A stretch of 64,000 bases of DNA from NCBI GenBank assembly GCA_937888355.1, contig CALAPX010000027.1, positions 5,026-69,025 of the forward strand, given 5' to 3'. This document shows, one piece after another, positions 56,425 through 64,000 of the stretch. Position 1 is the stretch's first letter; the number at the start of each line of letters is the position of its first letter. The position numbers and the translations under genes were made by a program. Origin of the DNA: an uncultured Spartobacteria bacterium. Its GTDB lineage: Bacteria; Verrucomicrobiota; Verrucomicrobiia; Chthoniobacterales; Terrimicrobiaceae. Below the pieces are notes generated by a model. It did no database searches and was not told the DNA's origin. It worked only from the letters and a program-made list of their open reading frames with translations.

Positions 56425-57534
56425 ATGAAGATAATCGATCGCCATGTGTCCTCAAGCGTTCTGCTCACGGCTATTCTTGGCGTATTGATTTTGAGCCTCG
56501 TCCTGGTTCTCGGGAATATCTTCAAGGAGCTCCTGAATGTTCTCGTCAACAACCCGGAGGTTCCCATCTTATCGGTTCTCTGGTTTTTGGCCCTGGTTCT
56601 TCCGTTTTCGCTGACTTTCACGATCCCATGGGGGTTCCTGACCTCTATTCTCCTTGTCTTCGGCCGCATGTCGGCCGACAGCGAACTCATCGCCCTGAAG
56701 GCAAACGGCATTAGCATTCCCCGCACTAGCGCCCCGGTGCTTGCCATCTCCGTCGTGCTCACCCTCGTTTGTTTCTGGATTAATGCCGATATCGCCCCCC
56801 GAGCCGAGCAGGCCATGACTCGGGCGATCATCGATATCGCCACCAGCAATCCGACCGCTCTCTTCCGGGCGGATGAAATCGTCGACGCCTTCCCGGAACG
56901 CCGCGTCTACGTGGGATCAAAAAACGGCGACCGGCTGAAGGATATCATCGTTTTTGAAATGGATGAGGAGTCCCGTGCCACAAAAATGATCCATGCCGAG
57001 GAGGGCGAACTGACCCCGGACATTGAGAACTCACGGCTCCTGCTTCGTCTCTTCGACGCCCGTTTTGAACGCCGGGACAAGGCTGATCCAAATGACATCT
57101 CAAAAATCCAAATGGGCATCGTCATGCAACAAGGGGTCTTCCCTCTCTCATTGGAGAGGTTTTTTGGAGAGCATCAGAAAAAGCGCCGCCTCAGTTCCTA
57201 TACCCTATCCGAACTCTGGAGCCTTCTCACTGCCGCTGAGGGCAAGAACCGTCTAGAGACCCTTGTGGAGTTCAATAAACGCTTTTCCATGTCGCTCTCC
57301 TGCATTGCCTTTGCATTGATCGCGATCCCCCTCGGCGTAACAACCCACCGCAAGGAAACATCGGTCGGGTTCGCAATCAGCCTCGTTGTGGCCTTCAGTT
57401 ATTTCTTCTTTATTCTCATGGCGGATACCTTCCGGGGCCACGCGACCGCACTTCCGCAGTTTCTCATCTGGGTTCCAAACGTCCTCTTCATCGCCGCCGG
57501 GCTGTGGCTCTACCGCCGTTTGGCCAGAAACTGA
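56425..57534 (+). CDS. LptF/LptG family LPS export permease
   Basis: 369 aa. MKIIDRHVSSSVLLTAILGVLILSLVLVLGN...; YjgP/YjgQ architecture (3 TM, periplasmic beta-jellyroll, 3 TM). Confidence 0.85.
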   Translation: MKIIDRHVSSSVLLTAILGVLILSLVLVLGNIFKELLNVLVNNPEVPILSVLWFLALVLPFSLTFTIPWGFLTSILLVFGRMSADSELIALKANGISIPRTSAPVLAISVVLTLVCFWINADIAPRAEQAMTRAIIDIATSNPTALFRADEIVDAFPERRVYVGSKNGDRLKDIIVFEMDEESRATKMIHAEEGELTPDIENSRLLLRLFDARFERRDKADPNDISKIQMGIVMQQGVFPLSLERFFGEHQKKRRLSSYTLSELWSLLTAAEGKNRLETLVEFNKRFSMSLSCIAFALIAIPLGVTTHRKETSVGFAISLVVAFSYFFFILMADTFRGHATALPQFLIWVPNVLFIAAGLWLYRRLARN

Positions 57535-57539
57535 CGCAA

Positions 57540-58565
57540 ATGATTCGCCGTCACCCCTTCCTGAGAGTGGCATTTCTGTGTGCCGTGGCCATCTTGCTTG
57601 TCTCGGGTCTGGCTTCCGCGTGGTTCCAATCCTGGAAAGCGGGGCGGATTGTTGATCTGCATACCGGCGCAGAGATCGCAGACCTTCCCTCTGGAAAAAT
57701 GGAATACTCCCTGCACGGCGAGGGCGTTCCGGTCGTCGTGTTCCACTCCGCACCCGGCGGGTATGACCAGGGTGTGGCTATTGGCGGGTTCCTTACGGAT
57801 GCGGGATTTGAAATCGTTTCCCCCTCCCGTCCGGGTTACCTCCGCACCCCACTGAATTCAGGCCCCTCGCCTGCGGAACAGGCTGACGCCGTATCATGGC
57901 TTCTCGAGGAACTTGAGGTTGACCGTGTAGCCGTTCTGGGATTCGGCCACGGCGGACCGGCGGCACTTGAATTCACGCGCAAATACTCGCCGCGCATCCA
58001 TGCTCTGGTTCTAGTGTCAGCAATCACAACCCGATTGGATTCCCCTGACACCACTCCACTTCCTCTGCAGATCCTGCGGACACTTCGCAATGACTTCCGC
58101 TCATGCCTCTTCGTCGAGATGGCCCGCCGCCTGCCGTCGCGCGCCCTTGCTGCCGCCGCACCATTCCTTTCTCCGGGATCACCGGTCGAGGAGTCGGCAT
58201 GGGGCAGTGCAGTCCTTCAAGACTCCGCCCAGTTGGATGATTTCCAACAATTCGCCAACGCCCTCTCACCGCTGAGCCTGCGAGAAACAGGCACCGCAAA
58301 CGACCTCCTTCAAGTCGAAAGCCTAGCACTCATCCCACTGGCTGATATCCGCACCCCAACCCTCGTGGTTCATGGCGCCATGGATCGCTTCGTTCCACAA
58401 GCCATGGCTCAAGCGACAGCCGATTCCATTCCGGGAGCTGAACTGCTCATTGTGCCGGGCGGCGGCCACCTGCCGACCCTGGGCAACCAAGGCGATTCCG
58501 TCCGTGAAAGGATCGTTTCATTTTTGAAACAACACACTTTAAAATCCCCGGAGGCAGCGGAGTAG
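57540..58565 (+). CDS. Alpha/beta hydrolase fold protein with an N-terminal TM anchor
   Basis: ORF 57504..58565; ATG 57540 lies after the lptF/G stop. It has an HSAPGG oxyanion-type region, a nucleophile-elbow-like LGFGHGG, and C-terminal VHGAMDRFVP...GGGH. Confidence 0.75.
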   Translation: MIRRHPFLRVAFLCAVAILLVSGLASAWFQSWKAGRIVDLHTGAEIADLPSGKMEYSLHGEGVPVVVFHSAPGGYDQGVAIGGFLTDAGFEIVSPSRPGYLRTPLNSGPSPAEQADAVSWLLEELEVDRVAVLGFGHGGPAALEFTRKYSPRIHALVLVSAITTRLDSPDTTPLPLQILRTLRNDFRSCLFVEMARRLPSRALAAAAPFLSPGSPVEESAWGSAVLQDSAQLDDFQQFANALSPLSLRETGTANDLLQVESLALIPLADIRTPTLVVHGAMDRFVPQAMAQATADSIPGAELLIVPGGGHLPTLGNQGDSVRERIVSFLKQHTLKSPEAAE

Positions 58566-58566
58566 C

Positions 58567-59841
58567 ATGTTGGAAAAAAAATCCCTCCTCACCACTCTGC
58601 CTGGCGGGCTCCGCATTGCCACCTGTGAAATGCCCCACGCCGAAACCGCGGCCATGGGTATCTGGGCCTCAGTCGGTGGCCGCCACGAGCCGCCCACCCT
58701 CAATGGCATCTCGCACTTCATTGAGCACATGCTCTTCAAAGGAACCGCAAAGCGTTCAGCCCGTCGCATCATGGATGAGATTGAGGGCATCGGCGGTGAC
58801 TTGAATGCCTACACCTCTGAAGAGAGAACATGCTACTATGCGACTTCGGCGGCTGAGTTTTTCCCGCGTGTATGCGATGTCCTCTGCGACATCTATACAA
58901 ACCCGCGCTTCGCAAAACGCGATATCGACCGCGAACGAGGGGTCATCGCTGAGGAGATCCAGATGTATCGCGACGAACCCTCGTCCCATATTCAAGAACT
59001 CCTTCAGAAAACCTTCTGGGCCGGCCATCCCCTTGGAAGACCGCTTACCGGAACTCTGGAAACGATCTCGGGAATGGATGCAGAGGCGTTTCGCGCTTAT
59101 AGAACCACACATTATCACGCTCGGAACACGATTGTGACAGCCGCGGGCAAGATCCGTCACGAAGAGGTCGTAGACAGAGTCGCCGCTCAACTGGATTCCC
59201 TGCCTACCCGGAAACCCCGTGCAGTCAAGGCGTGTCCCGCCGCCCCTACTGCCCCGCGTCTTGCCGTGGAAGGCCGCGACATCCAACAAACCCAACTCGC
59301 CCTTGCCCTCCCCTCCCCGGGCCACTGCGATGCCCGCCGCTACGCTTTCCATCTTCTCAATGTGATCCTGGGAGCGAACGCCAGCTCCCGCCTGTTCCAA
59401 GAAATGCGTGAAAAGCGCGGCCTCTGCTACTCTGTCAGTTCGCACTGGATGAGTCTGAACGATGGTGGCTACCTCGATATCTCTGCGGGACTTGACCGCA
59501 AGAATATCGAAAAATCTCTCACCCTGATTTTTTCGCAATTCGACAACCTGCGGGAAAAACCTGTTGGCGCAGCTGAACTCCGCCGAGCAAAGGACTACAC
59601 CATCGGATCCTCCCTCATGGCTCTGGAGCGCGCCGCAAGCCAGAACTCCCGCCTCGGGGGCAGTATTCTCTCCCAAGGGGAGATCGTTCCGCCTGAAACC
59701 GTCAACGAGCGCATCCGCTCGGTTACCGCCGCTGAAATTCAGGAGGTCGCACGTGAGGTTCTCGATCCCTCACGCATTACGCTTGCGATTGTCGGCCCGA
59801 ACCCCGACGAGCCGCTTCTGAAAAAAATCCTCGGTATATGA
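58567..59841 (+). CDS. M16 family (pitrilysin/insulinase-like) zinc peptidase
   Basis: 424 aa with the inverted zinc motif HFIEH (GISHFIEHMLFKGT) and a downstream Glu. Confidence 0.9.
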   Translation: MLEKKSLLTTLPGGLRIATCEMPHAETAAMGIWASVGGRHEPPTLNGISHFIEHMLFKGTAKRSARRIMDEIEGIGGDLNAYTSEERTCYYATSAAEFFPRVCDVLCDIYTNPRFAKRDIDRERGVIAEEIQMYRDEPSSHIQELLQKTFWAGHPLGRPLTGTLETISGMDAEAFRAYRTTHYHARNTIVTAAGKIRHEEVVDRVAAQLDSLPTRKPRAVKACPAAPTAPRLAVEGRDIQQTQLALALPSPGHCDARRYAFHLLNVILGANASSRLFQEMREKRGLCYSVSSHWMSLNDGGYLDISAGLDRKNIEKSLTLIFSQFDNLREKPVGAAELRRAKDYTIGSSLMALERAASQNSRLGGSILSQGEIVPPETVNERIRSVTAAEIQEVAREVLDPSRITLAIVGPNPDEPLLKKILGI

Positions 59842-60488
59842 AAGGCGTCCTTTTTGATTGGGATGGCGTTGTCATCGACTCATCAGCTCACCATGAACGC
59901 TCTTGGGAAATTCTTGCCGTTGAGATCGGCAAACCCTTGCCCGATGGCCATTTCAAGGCGGGATTTGGAAAAAAGAATCAGATCATCATTCCCGGCATCC
60001 TCCACTGGGCGGACAATCCCGCTGAAGTAAGCGCCCTCGCGGATCGCAAGGAGGAAATCTACCGCGCCCTCGTCCAGCAGTCTGGCGTGATTATTCTTCC
60101 AGGAGCCAAGGAACTGCTCGCCGCCTTGCAAAAGGAGAATATTCCCGCAGCGGTCGCCTCTTCCACCCCGCGCTCAAATCTGGATGTGATATTTTCTTCC
60201 ACCGGCCTTGACCGCTTTTTTGAGGCGGTTGTCTGCGGAGACGATGTCACGAATGGAAAACCAGCTCCGGACGTGTTTCTCCTTGCAGCCAGCAAGTTGG
60301 GCATCGCCCCGGCCGACTGCGTCGTGATTGAGGATGCCCATGCCGGCATCGAGGCGGCACTTGCCGCAGACATGCGTGTTGTCGCGGTGGCGACCACCAA
60401 TCCTCTCGCCAACCTCCACCGTGCCACTGCAGCCGTGGAGTCACTGGAGGGCATCACTCCCGCCTCACTTCGCTCACTTTTTGCCTGA
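59838..60488 (+). CDS. HAD-IA hydrolase (beta-phosphoglucomutase-like phosphatase)
   Basis: 216 aa. Motif I is LFDWDGVVIDS; motifs III/IV are GKPAPD and IEDAHAGIEAA. There is a 4-nt overlap with the M16 gene. Confidence 0.88.
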   Translation: MKGVLFDWDGVVIDSSAHHERSWEILAVEIGKPLPDGHFKAGFGKKNQIIIPGILHWADNPAEVSALADRKEEIYRALVQQSGVIILPGAKELLAALQKENIPAAVASSTPRSNLDVIFSSTGLDRFFEAVVCGDDVTNGKPAPDVFLLAASKLGIAPADCVVIEDAHAGIEAALAADMRVVAVATTNPLANLHRATAAVESLEGITPASLRSLFA

Positions 60489-60491
60489 CGC

Positions 60492-61385
60492 TCAACCGGC
60501 GCGTGTATCGATCCCGTCGCGCAGGGCATCACCAAGAAAGTTCAGCGCGAGAAGGGTCGATGCCATTGCCCCGGCAGGAAACACAAGCAACCACCAAAAA
60601 CTCCGGATCGGGTTGATTGCTCCAGCCCCGTCGGCCAATAAAGATCCCCAACTAGCCTGCGGCGCCTGGATCCCCAACCCCAAGAAACTCAAGAAAGACT
60701 CGTCAATGATCACCGCTGGAATCGTGAGTGTGAGATAGATCAAAATAATCCCCGCAAGGTTTGGGAGCAGGTGGCGGTAAAGGATACGCGAATGCGATTG
60801 CCCCAACGCACGGGCGGCAGTCACAAACTGTCGTTCCTTCATCGATAGCACCTGCCCGCGGACGATCCGCGCCATGGTCAACCACTCAATGACTCCTAGG
60901 GCCACCACAAGAATTGCAATGCGGGATGAACCAACCAGCCACTCCCACCCCAGTGAGGCGGCCCACCCTTGCAGGCCGGCATTAAAGGCATTGATCGCGA
61001 TCAAAATAAAAATCAACCGCGGCACCGAATACAGGACATCCACAACCCGCATCATCAAGGCATCCACCCTACCGCCGGCATATCCAGCTACTAGCCCCCA
61101 GGTTGTGCCAATAAAAAGCGAGACGATCGCTCCGCAGATGCCAACAAGCAGAGAAATCCTTCCGCCAGTCAGCACGCGATACAGCACATCCCTTCCGTTC
61201 AGATCCGTTCCAAACGGATGTGCCAACGACGGAGGCGCGTATTGCAGTAGTCCGGGGTCTCCGAGCGAAGGGGACAGGAACCATGGCCCGGCGACACACG
61301 CCAACGCCATGATCCCCAGAAAACAACCCGAGATCACCGCCGCGGGATTTGACCGCACCCGTTGGATCACGCGCGGGTCAAGCAT
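60492..61385 (-). CDS. ABC transporter permease, OppC/DppC-like
   Basis: 297 aa. BPD-transporter EAA-type region (TAARALGQSHSRILYRHLLPN) and a typical OppC N-terminus. Confidence 0.88.
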   Translation of the reverse strand: MLDPRVIQRVRSNPAAVISGCFLGIMALACVAGPWFLSPSLGDPGLLQYAPPSLAHPFGTDLNGRDVLYRVLTGGRISLLVGICGAIVSLFIGTTWGLVAGYAGGRVDALMMRVVDVLYSVPRLIFILIAINAFNAGLQGWAASLGWEWLVGSSRIAILVVALGVIEWLTMARIVRGQVLSMKERQFVTAARALGQSHSRILYRHLLPNLAGIILIYLTLTIPAVIIDESFLSFLGLGIQAPQASWGSLLADGAGAINPIRSFWWLLVFPAGAMASTLLALNFLGDALRDGIDTRAG

Positions 61386-62292
61386 GGGTCTTGATCCGGC
61401 GGTCCAACAGCCCGTAAGCCATATCCACCAGCAGGTTGAAGCATACCAATAGCAAGCAATAGACGATCACCATGCCGCCGAGGAGAAATCCGTCGCGGTT
61501 CAGGATCGAATGCACAAAAAATCCCCCGGCTCCCGGGATATGGAACACAGTTTCCACCACGATGGACCCGGTGAGTAAATGTGCCGCCAGAGGGCCGAGA
61601 TACGACACGACCGGAAGAATCGCGATGCGGAGGGCATGCCGGTAGACCACTGCCGTCTCCCCCACCCCCTTCGCCCGCGCAGTCCGGATAAAATCCATCT
61701 CAAGCGTTTCAACCATGCTTCCGCGCATCAACCGAGCAATCACTGCGGCCGCCGGGGCGGCGAGCGTCAGCGCGGGGAGGATCAAATGTGACACCCCACC
61801 CCACCCACCAGCCGGGAACCAACCGAGCGTGAGCGCGAAGACCAAGATGAATAACGGCCCGGTGATATAGCTTGGCAGGGAAATCGCCGCCAAGGCCGCG
61901 AACATCGCTGCATGGTCGCGCCAAGTTCGCCGCCGCATCGCGGCCACCGTGCCGAGCCATACTCCCGCGATGACAGCGATGAGAAATGCCACCCCGCCCA
62001 GCACCAGCGTCACCGGCAATGTCTGCGCCAGGATTTCATTCACCGACCGGTTCCGGTATTTCGTGGAAAGCCGCAAATCCCCCCGCACCAGATCGCCCAG
62101 ATACCCGCTGTATTGCTGCCACAGGGAGCCATCCAACTTGTATTTCGCCAGCAACTGCCGCTCGATCTCTGCAGGAATCTTCCGTTCGCCGTCAAACGGC
62201 CCGCCGGGTGACATGCGGATCAACAAAAACGTGATCGTCACCACGCAAAACAAGACCCCGATCATCGAGGCCAGTCGTTTGATCAATGCCAT
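61378..62292 (-). CDS. ABC transporter permease, OppB/DppB-like
   Basis: ORF 61378..62361. ATG 62292 gives MALIKRLASMIGVLFCVVTITFLLIRMSPGGP, the canonical OppB N-terminus. There is an 8-nt overlap with the OppC-like gene. Confidence 0.88.
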   Translation of the reverse strand: MALIKRLASMIGVLFCVVTITFLLIRMSPGGPFDGERKIPAEIERQLLAKYKLDGSLWQQYSGYLGDLVRGDLRLSTKYRNRSVNEILAQTLPVTLVLGGVAFLIAVIAGVWLGTVAAMRRRTWRDHAAMFAALAAISLPSYITGPLFILVFALTLGWFPAGGWGGVSHLILPALTLAAPAAAVIARLMRGSMVETLEMDFIRTARAKGVGETAVVYRHALRIAILPVVSYLGPLAAHLLTGSIVVETVFHIPGAGGFFVHSILNRDGFLLGGMVIVYCLLLVCFNLLVDMAYGLLDRRIKTHA

Positions 62293-62302
62293 CGAGCCTC
62301 CC

Positions 62303-63445
62303 TCACGACTGAGATGCGCTACGTGACACAGCCCCTGGAGAGAGTCGTTCCGTAAAACCACTTTCTTTTACAAAAACTTCTTCCAGCGTGACATTACTGA
62401 GCAGGTCGAAAAGCTTTTGATTGATGTAGAAGTTCGTCTTGCCCATCCGTTGTTTGCGAACTAACCCCGCGGACGTAAGTTGCTCCAGATATTTCCCTGC
62501 CGTCGGGCGTGAAACTCCAAGCTCATTTTCGATGAACTCGATTTTTGTGTAGGGGTAGCGGAAAAGATTATTCAGTAAATCTTGGCTATAGAGCTTTGGC
62601 AGACGCTCGCGCAGGTCGTGCTTCGTCTTCAGCATCAGATCGCGAAATATTTTCACCACCGCAATTGCGCTTCGCGATGTCACCGCCACGCCACGGAGAA
62701 AATACAGGCACCAGTCCACCCAGAGGTTTTCATCCCGCACGGTTTGGAGCAGGCGGTAGTAGTCGCGCTTCGTCGTCGTGATGTAGCGACTCAGGTAAAG
62801 TACAGGCAAATCCAGTAGGCCATTGCGCTGCAACATGAGCAGATTCAAGATACGGCCTGTTCGTCCGTTTCCATCGTAAAACGGATGAATGCTCTCAAAC
62901 TGGTGGTGGGTGATCGCCATCCGAATCAGCGGGTCCAGACCATCATCCGCGTGGATGAAGTCGATGAGGTTACTCATGAGCGATTCGACCTCCGCCGCGT
63001 CCTGGGGCGGTTCATAAATTACGGCGCCGGTGGCTTCATTTTTCAAAACAGTACCCGGCAACCTTCTCAGGCCCGCGCGGTTCTGCTCCAGTTCCGACTG
63101 CACAGCCAACACCGTATCCAACTGGATCAGGCCCGAAGCTCGCACCGCTTCATAGCCGGTGCGCAGGGCGGCGACATAATGCCGCACCTCTTTTGCCGCC
63201 CGACTCGCCGATTCCCCTTGAACAGCGTATAGCTCGTCGTGCGTGGTGATAATGTTTTCGATCTCCGAGCTATCCTTCGCCTCTTGAATGCTCAGCGTAT
63301 CCAGCAGGATGCCTTGATTCGGAAGAGATTCGCAAAGCCCTTTCAATTCTGCCAGATGACGGTGCGCCTCCGTCAATGCCGCCCAGATCTCGCGGCTGTC
63401 CAACGAATTGATATCAGCCAAAGGGAGTGGAGGGAGCTTATTCAT
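62303..63445 (-). CDS. Fic family protein (Fic_N + Fido + C-terminal winged HTH), class II auto-inhibited type
   Basis: 380 aa. The Fic active site is HPFYDGNGRTGR. The N-terminal inhibitory-helix motif is SSEIEN (S-x-x-x-E-N). The C-terminal wHTH is LGVSRPTAGKYLEQLTSAGLV. Confidence 0.9.
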   Translation of the reverse strand: MNKLPPLPLADINSLDSREIWAALTEAHRHLAELKGLCESLPNQGILLDTLSIQEAKDSSEIENIITTHDELYAVQGESASRAAKEVRHYVAALRTGYEAVRASGLIQLDTVLAVQSELEQNRAGLRRLPGTVLKNEATGAVIYEPPQDAAEVESLMSNLIDFIHADDGLDPLIRMAITHHQFESIHPFYDGNGRTGRILNLLMLQRNGLLDLPVLYLSRYITTTKRDYYRLLQTVRDENLWVDWCLYFLRGVAVTSRSAIAVVKIFRDLMLKTKHDLRERLPKLYSQDLLNNLFRYPYTKIEFIENELGVSRPTAGKYLEQLTSAGLVRKQRMGKTNFYINQKLFDLLSNVTLEEVFVKESGFTERLSPGAVSRSASQS

Positions 63446-63514
63446 GGAAAGAAAACATCCATTTCCTTATCGCGCGAGCTCTTTCATGTAAAGAAAACTA
63501 GAATTTCTTTTCAT
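63443..63514 (-). promoter_or_regulatory. Direct repeats of the fic translation-initiation region plus a short upstream ORF
   Basis: On the minus strand, gttttctttCcATGAAtaaGCTC (which includes the fic ATG at 63445) recurs 42 nt upstream as gttttctttAcATGAAagaGCTC (ATG at 63487), with a third degenerate copy at 63514. ATG 63514 opens the in-frame 15-codon uORF MKRNSSFLYMKELAR*. Confidence 0.4.
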
Positions 63515-63596
63515 GACAAGAGTAAAGGGGCTCGCACGGAGCCGGAAGAGGGAGTAGAAAACATTGGTTTTTCTCCGCGTCCTCCGCAGAAGACCT

Positions 63597-64000
63597 TCAT
63601 TTCTCTGATTCGGCCTCTTGGAGTGCCTTGAGCGTTTTACCATTGGCGTCCTCCCACTCCGTGCGTCCGTTCGACTGGCGCCCCAGAACGACAGCGGCAG
63701 CCAGCGAGGGGGAACTGAACGTGTAATCCTGTGTGAAACGCAATCTGTCCCCAGCGTCGCCGAGCACGCCGCTCTTCAGAAGTTGGGCGCGCAAATCACA
63801 GACGGTAGGAGAATATTGCTTAAGGGATGGCGTGTGATCTTTGGCGGCAAACGAGCCCGATTGAACCACGAAACCTTGTGCAGTGTCGCGGGCCGTGGCC
63901 GCAATCCCTTTCCCCCGACAATGAAGTTGTGGGTTGCCGCCTTTCTTTATTGTCGGCGATTGCTCGAATGCGTGGACTCCAAGCACTGGCAGCATACCAA
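63597..64000 (-). CDS. DUF4357 domain protein, C-terminal part; the N-terminus is probably beyond the 3' edge of the window
   Basis: ORF 63597..63995, but the frame stays open to the window end. It reads ...GFVVQSGSFAAKD...LRAQLLKSGVL...FTQDYTFSSPSLAAAVVLGRQSNGRTEWEDANGKTL, matching the DUF4357 pattern (F.SPS.AA.vvlGrs.NG...W). In my recollection this domain usually forms the C-terminus of GIY-YIG-type proteins. Confidence 0.7.
   Translation of the reverse strand, partial: GMLPVLGVHAFEQSPTIKKGGNPQLHCRGKGIAATARDTAQGFVVQSGSFAAKDHTPSLKQYSPTVCDLRAQLLKSGVLGDAGDRLRFTQDYTFSSPSLAAAVVLGRQSNGRTEWEDANGKTLKALQEAESEK

Overview
This 64 kb window is a compact, moderately GC-rich, mostly core chromosomal segment of a diderm bacterium. 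The gene content (exosortase/PEP-CTERM-type genes, DUF4912, GlgE, citramalate synthase, few Shine-Dalgarno-like leaders) suggests the PVC group or Verrucomicrobiota, but that is only a guess. All family assignments come from motif recognition by eye; no BLAST or HMM search was possible.

I support about 57 protein genes and four RNA genes.
- RNA genes: RNase P RNA, tmRNA, tRNA-Arg(ACG) and tRNA-Gln(CUG).
- Housekeeping blocks: nadE/nadK, gltA, recR, sucCD, tilS-serS, aspS-hisS, cobA/hemD, rpmH-rnpA-yidD-yidC-jag, cimA, rng, mreBCD-mrdA, leuB, accA and lptF/G.
- Also present: an RND efflux pair, a ClC channel and a permease-only opp-like pair.
- Three genes are missing from the ORF track and were found by reading the sequence: a 5'-edge-truncated exosortase (1-639, minus), rpmH (57 codons) and a 3'-edge-truncated DUF4357 protein.

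I found no CRISPR array, intact mobile element or clear-cut defence operon, and I cannot point to an unambiguous novel multi-gene system. The observations most worth follow-up are:
- An APH-fold kinase translationally coupled to GlgE, which could be a non-canonical maltose-1-phosphate supply.
- A DUF4912 protein with an 11-Trp S-S-W repeat array, overlapping a Xer-type recombinase gene.
- An orphan ketosynthase-like protein whose active-site Cys is replaced by Ser, in an operon with SirB1-like and CinA genes.
- A TrhO(rhodanese)-RluA fusion enzyme.
- A CusA-like RND gene remnant plus an 11-bp perfect hairpin abutting the tmRNA 3' end, which may be an island scar.
- A class-II Fic plus DUF4357 module at the 3' edge.
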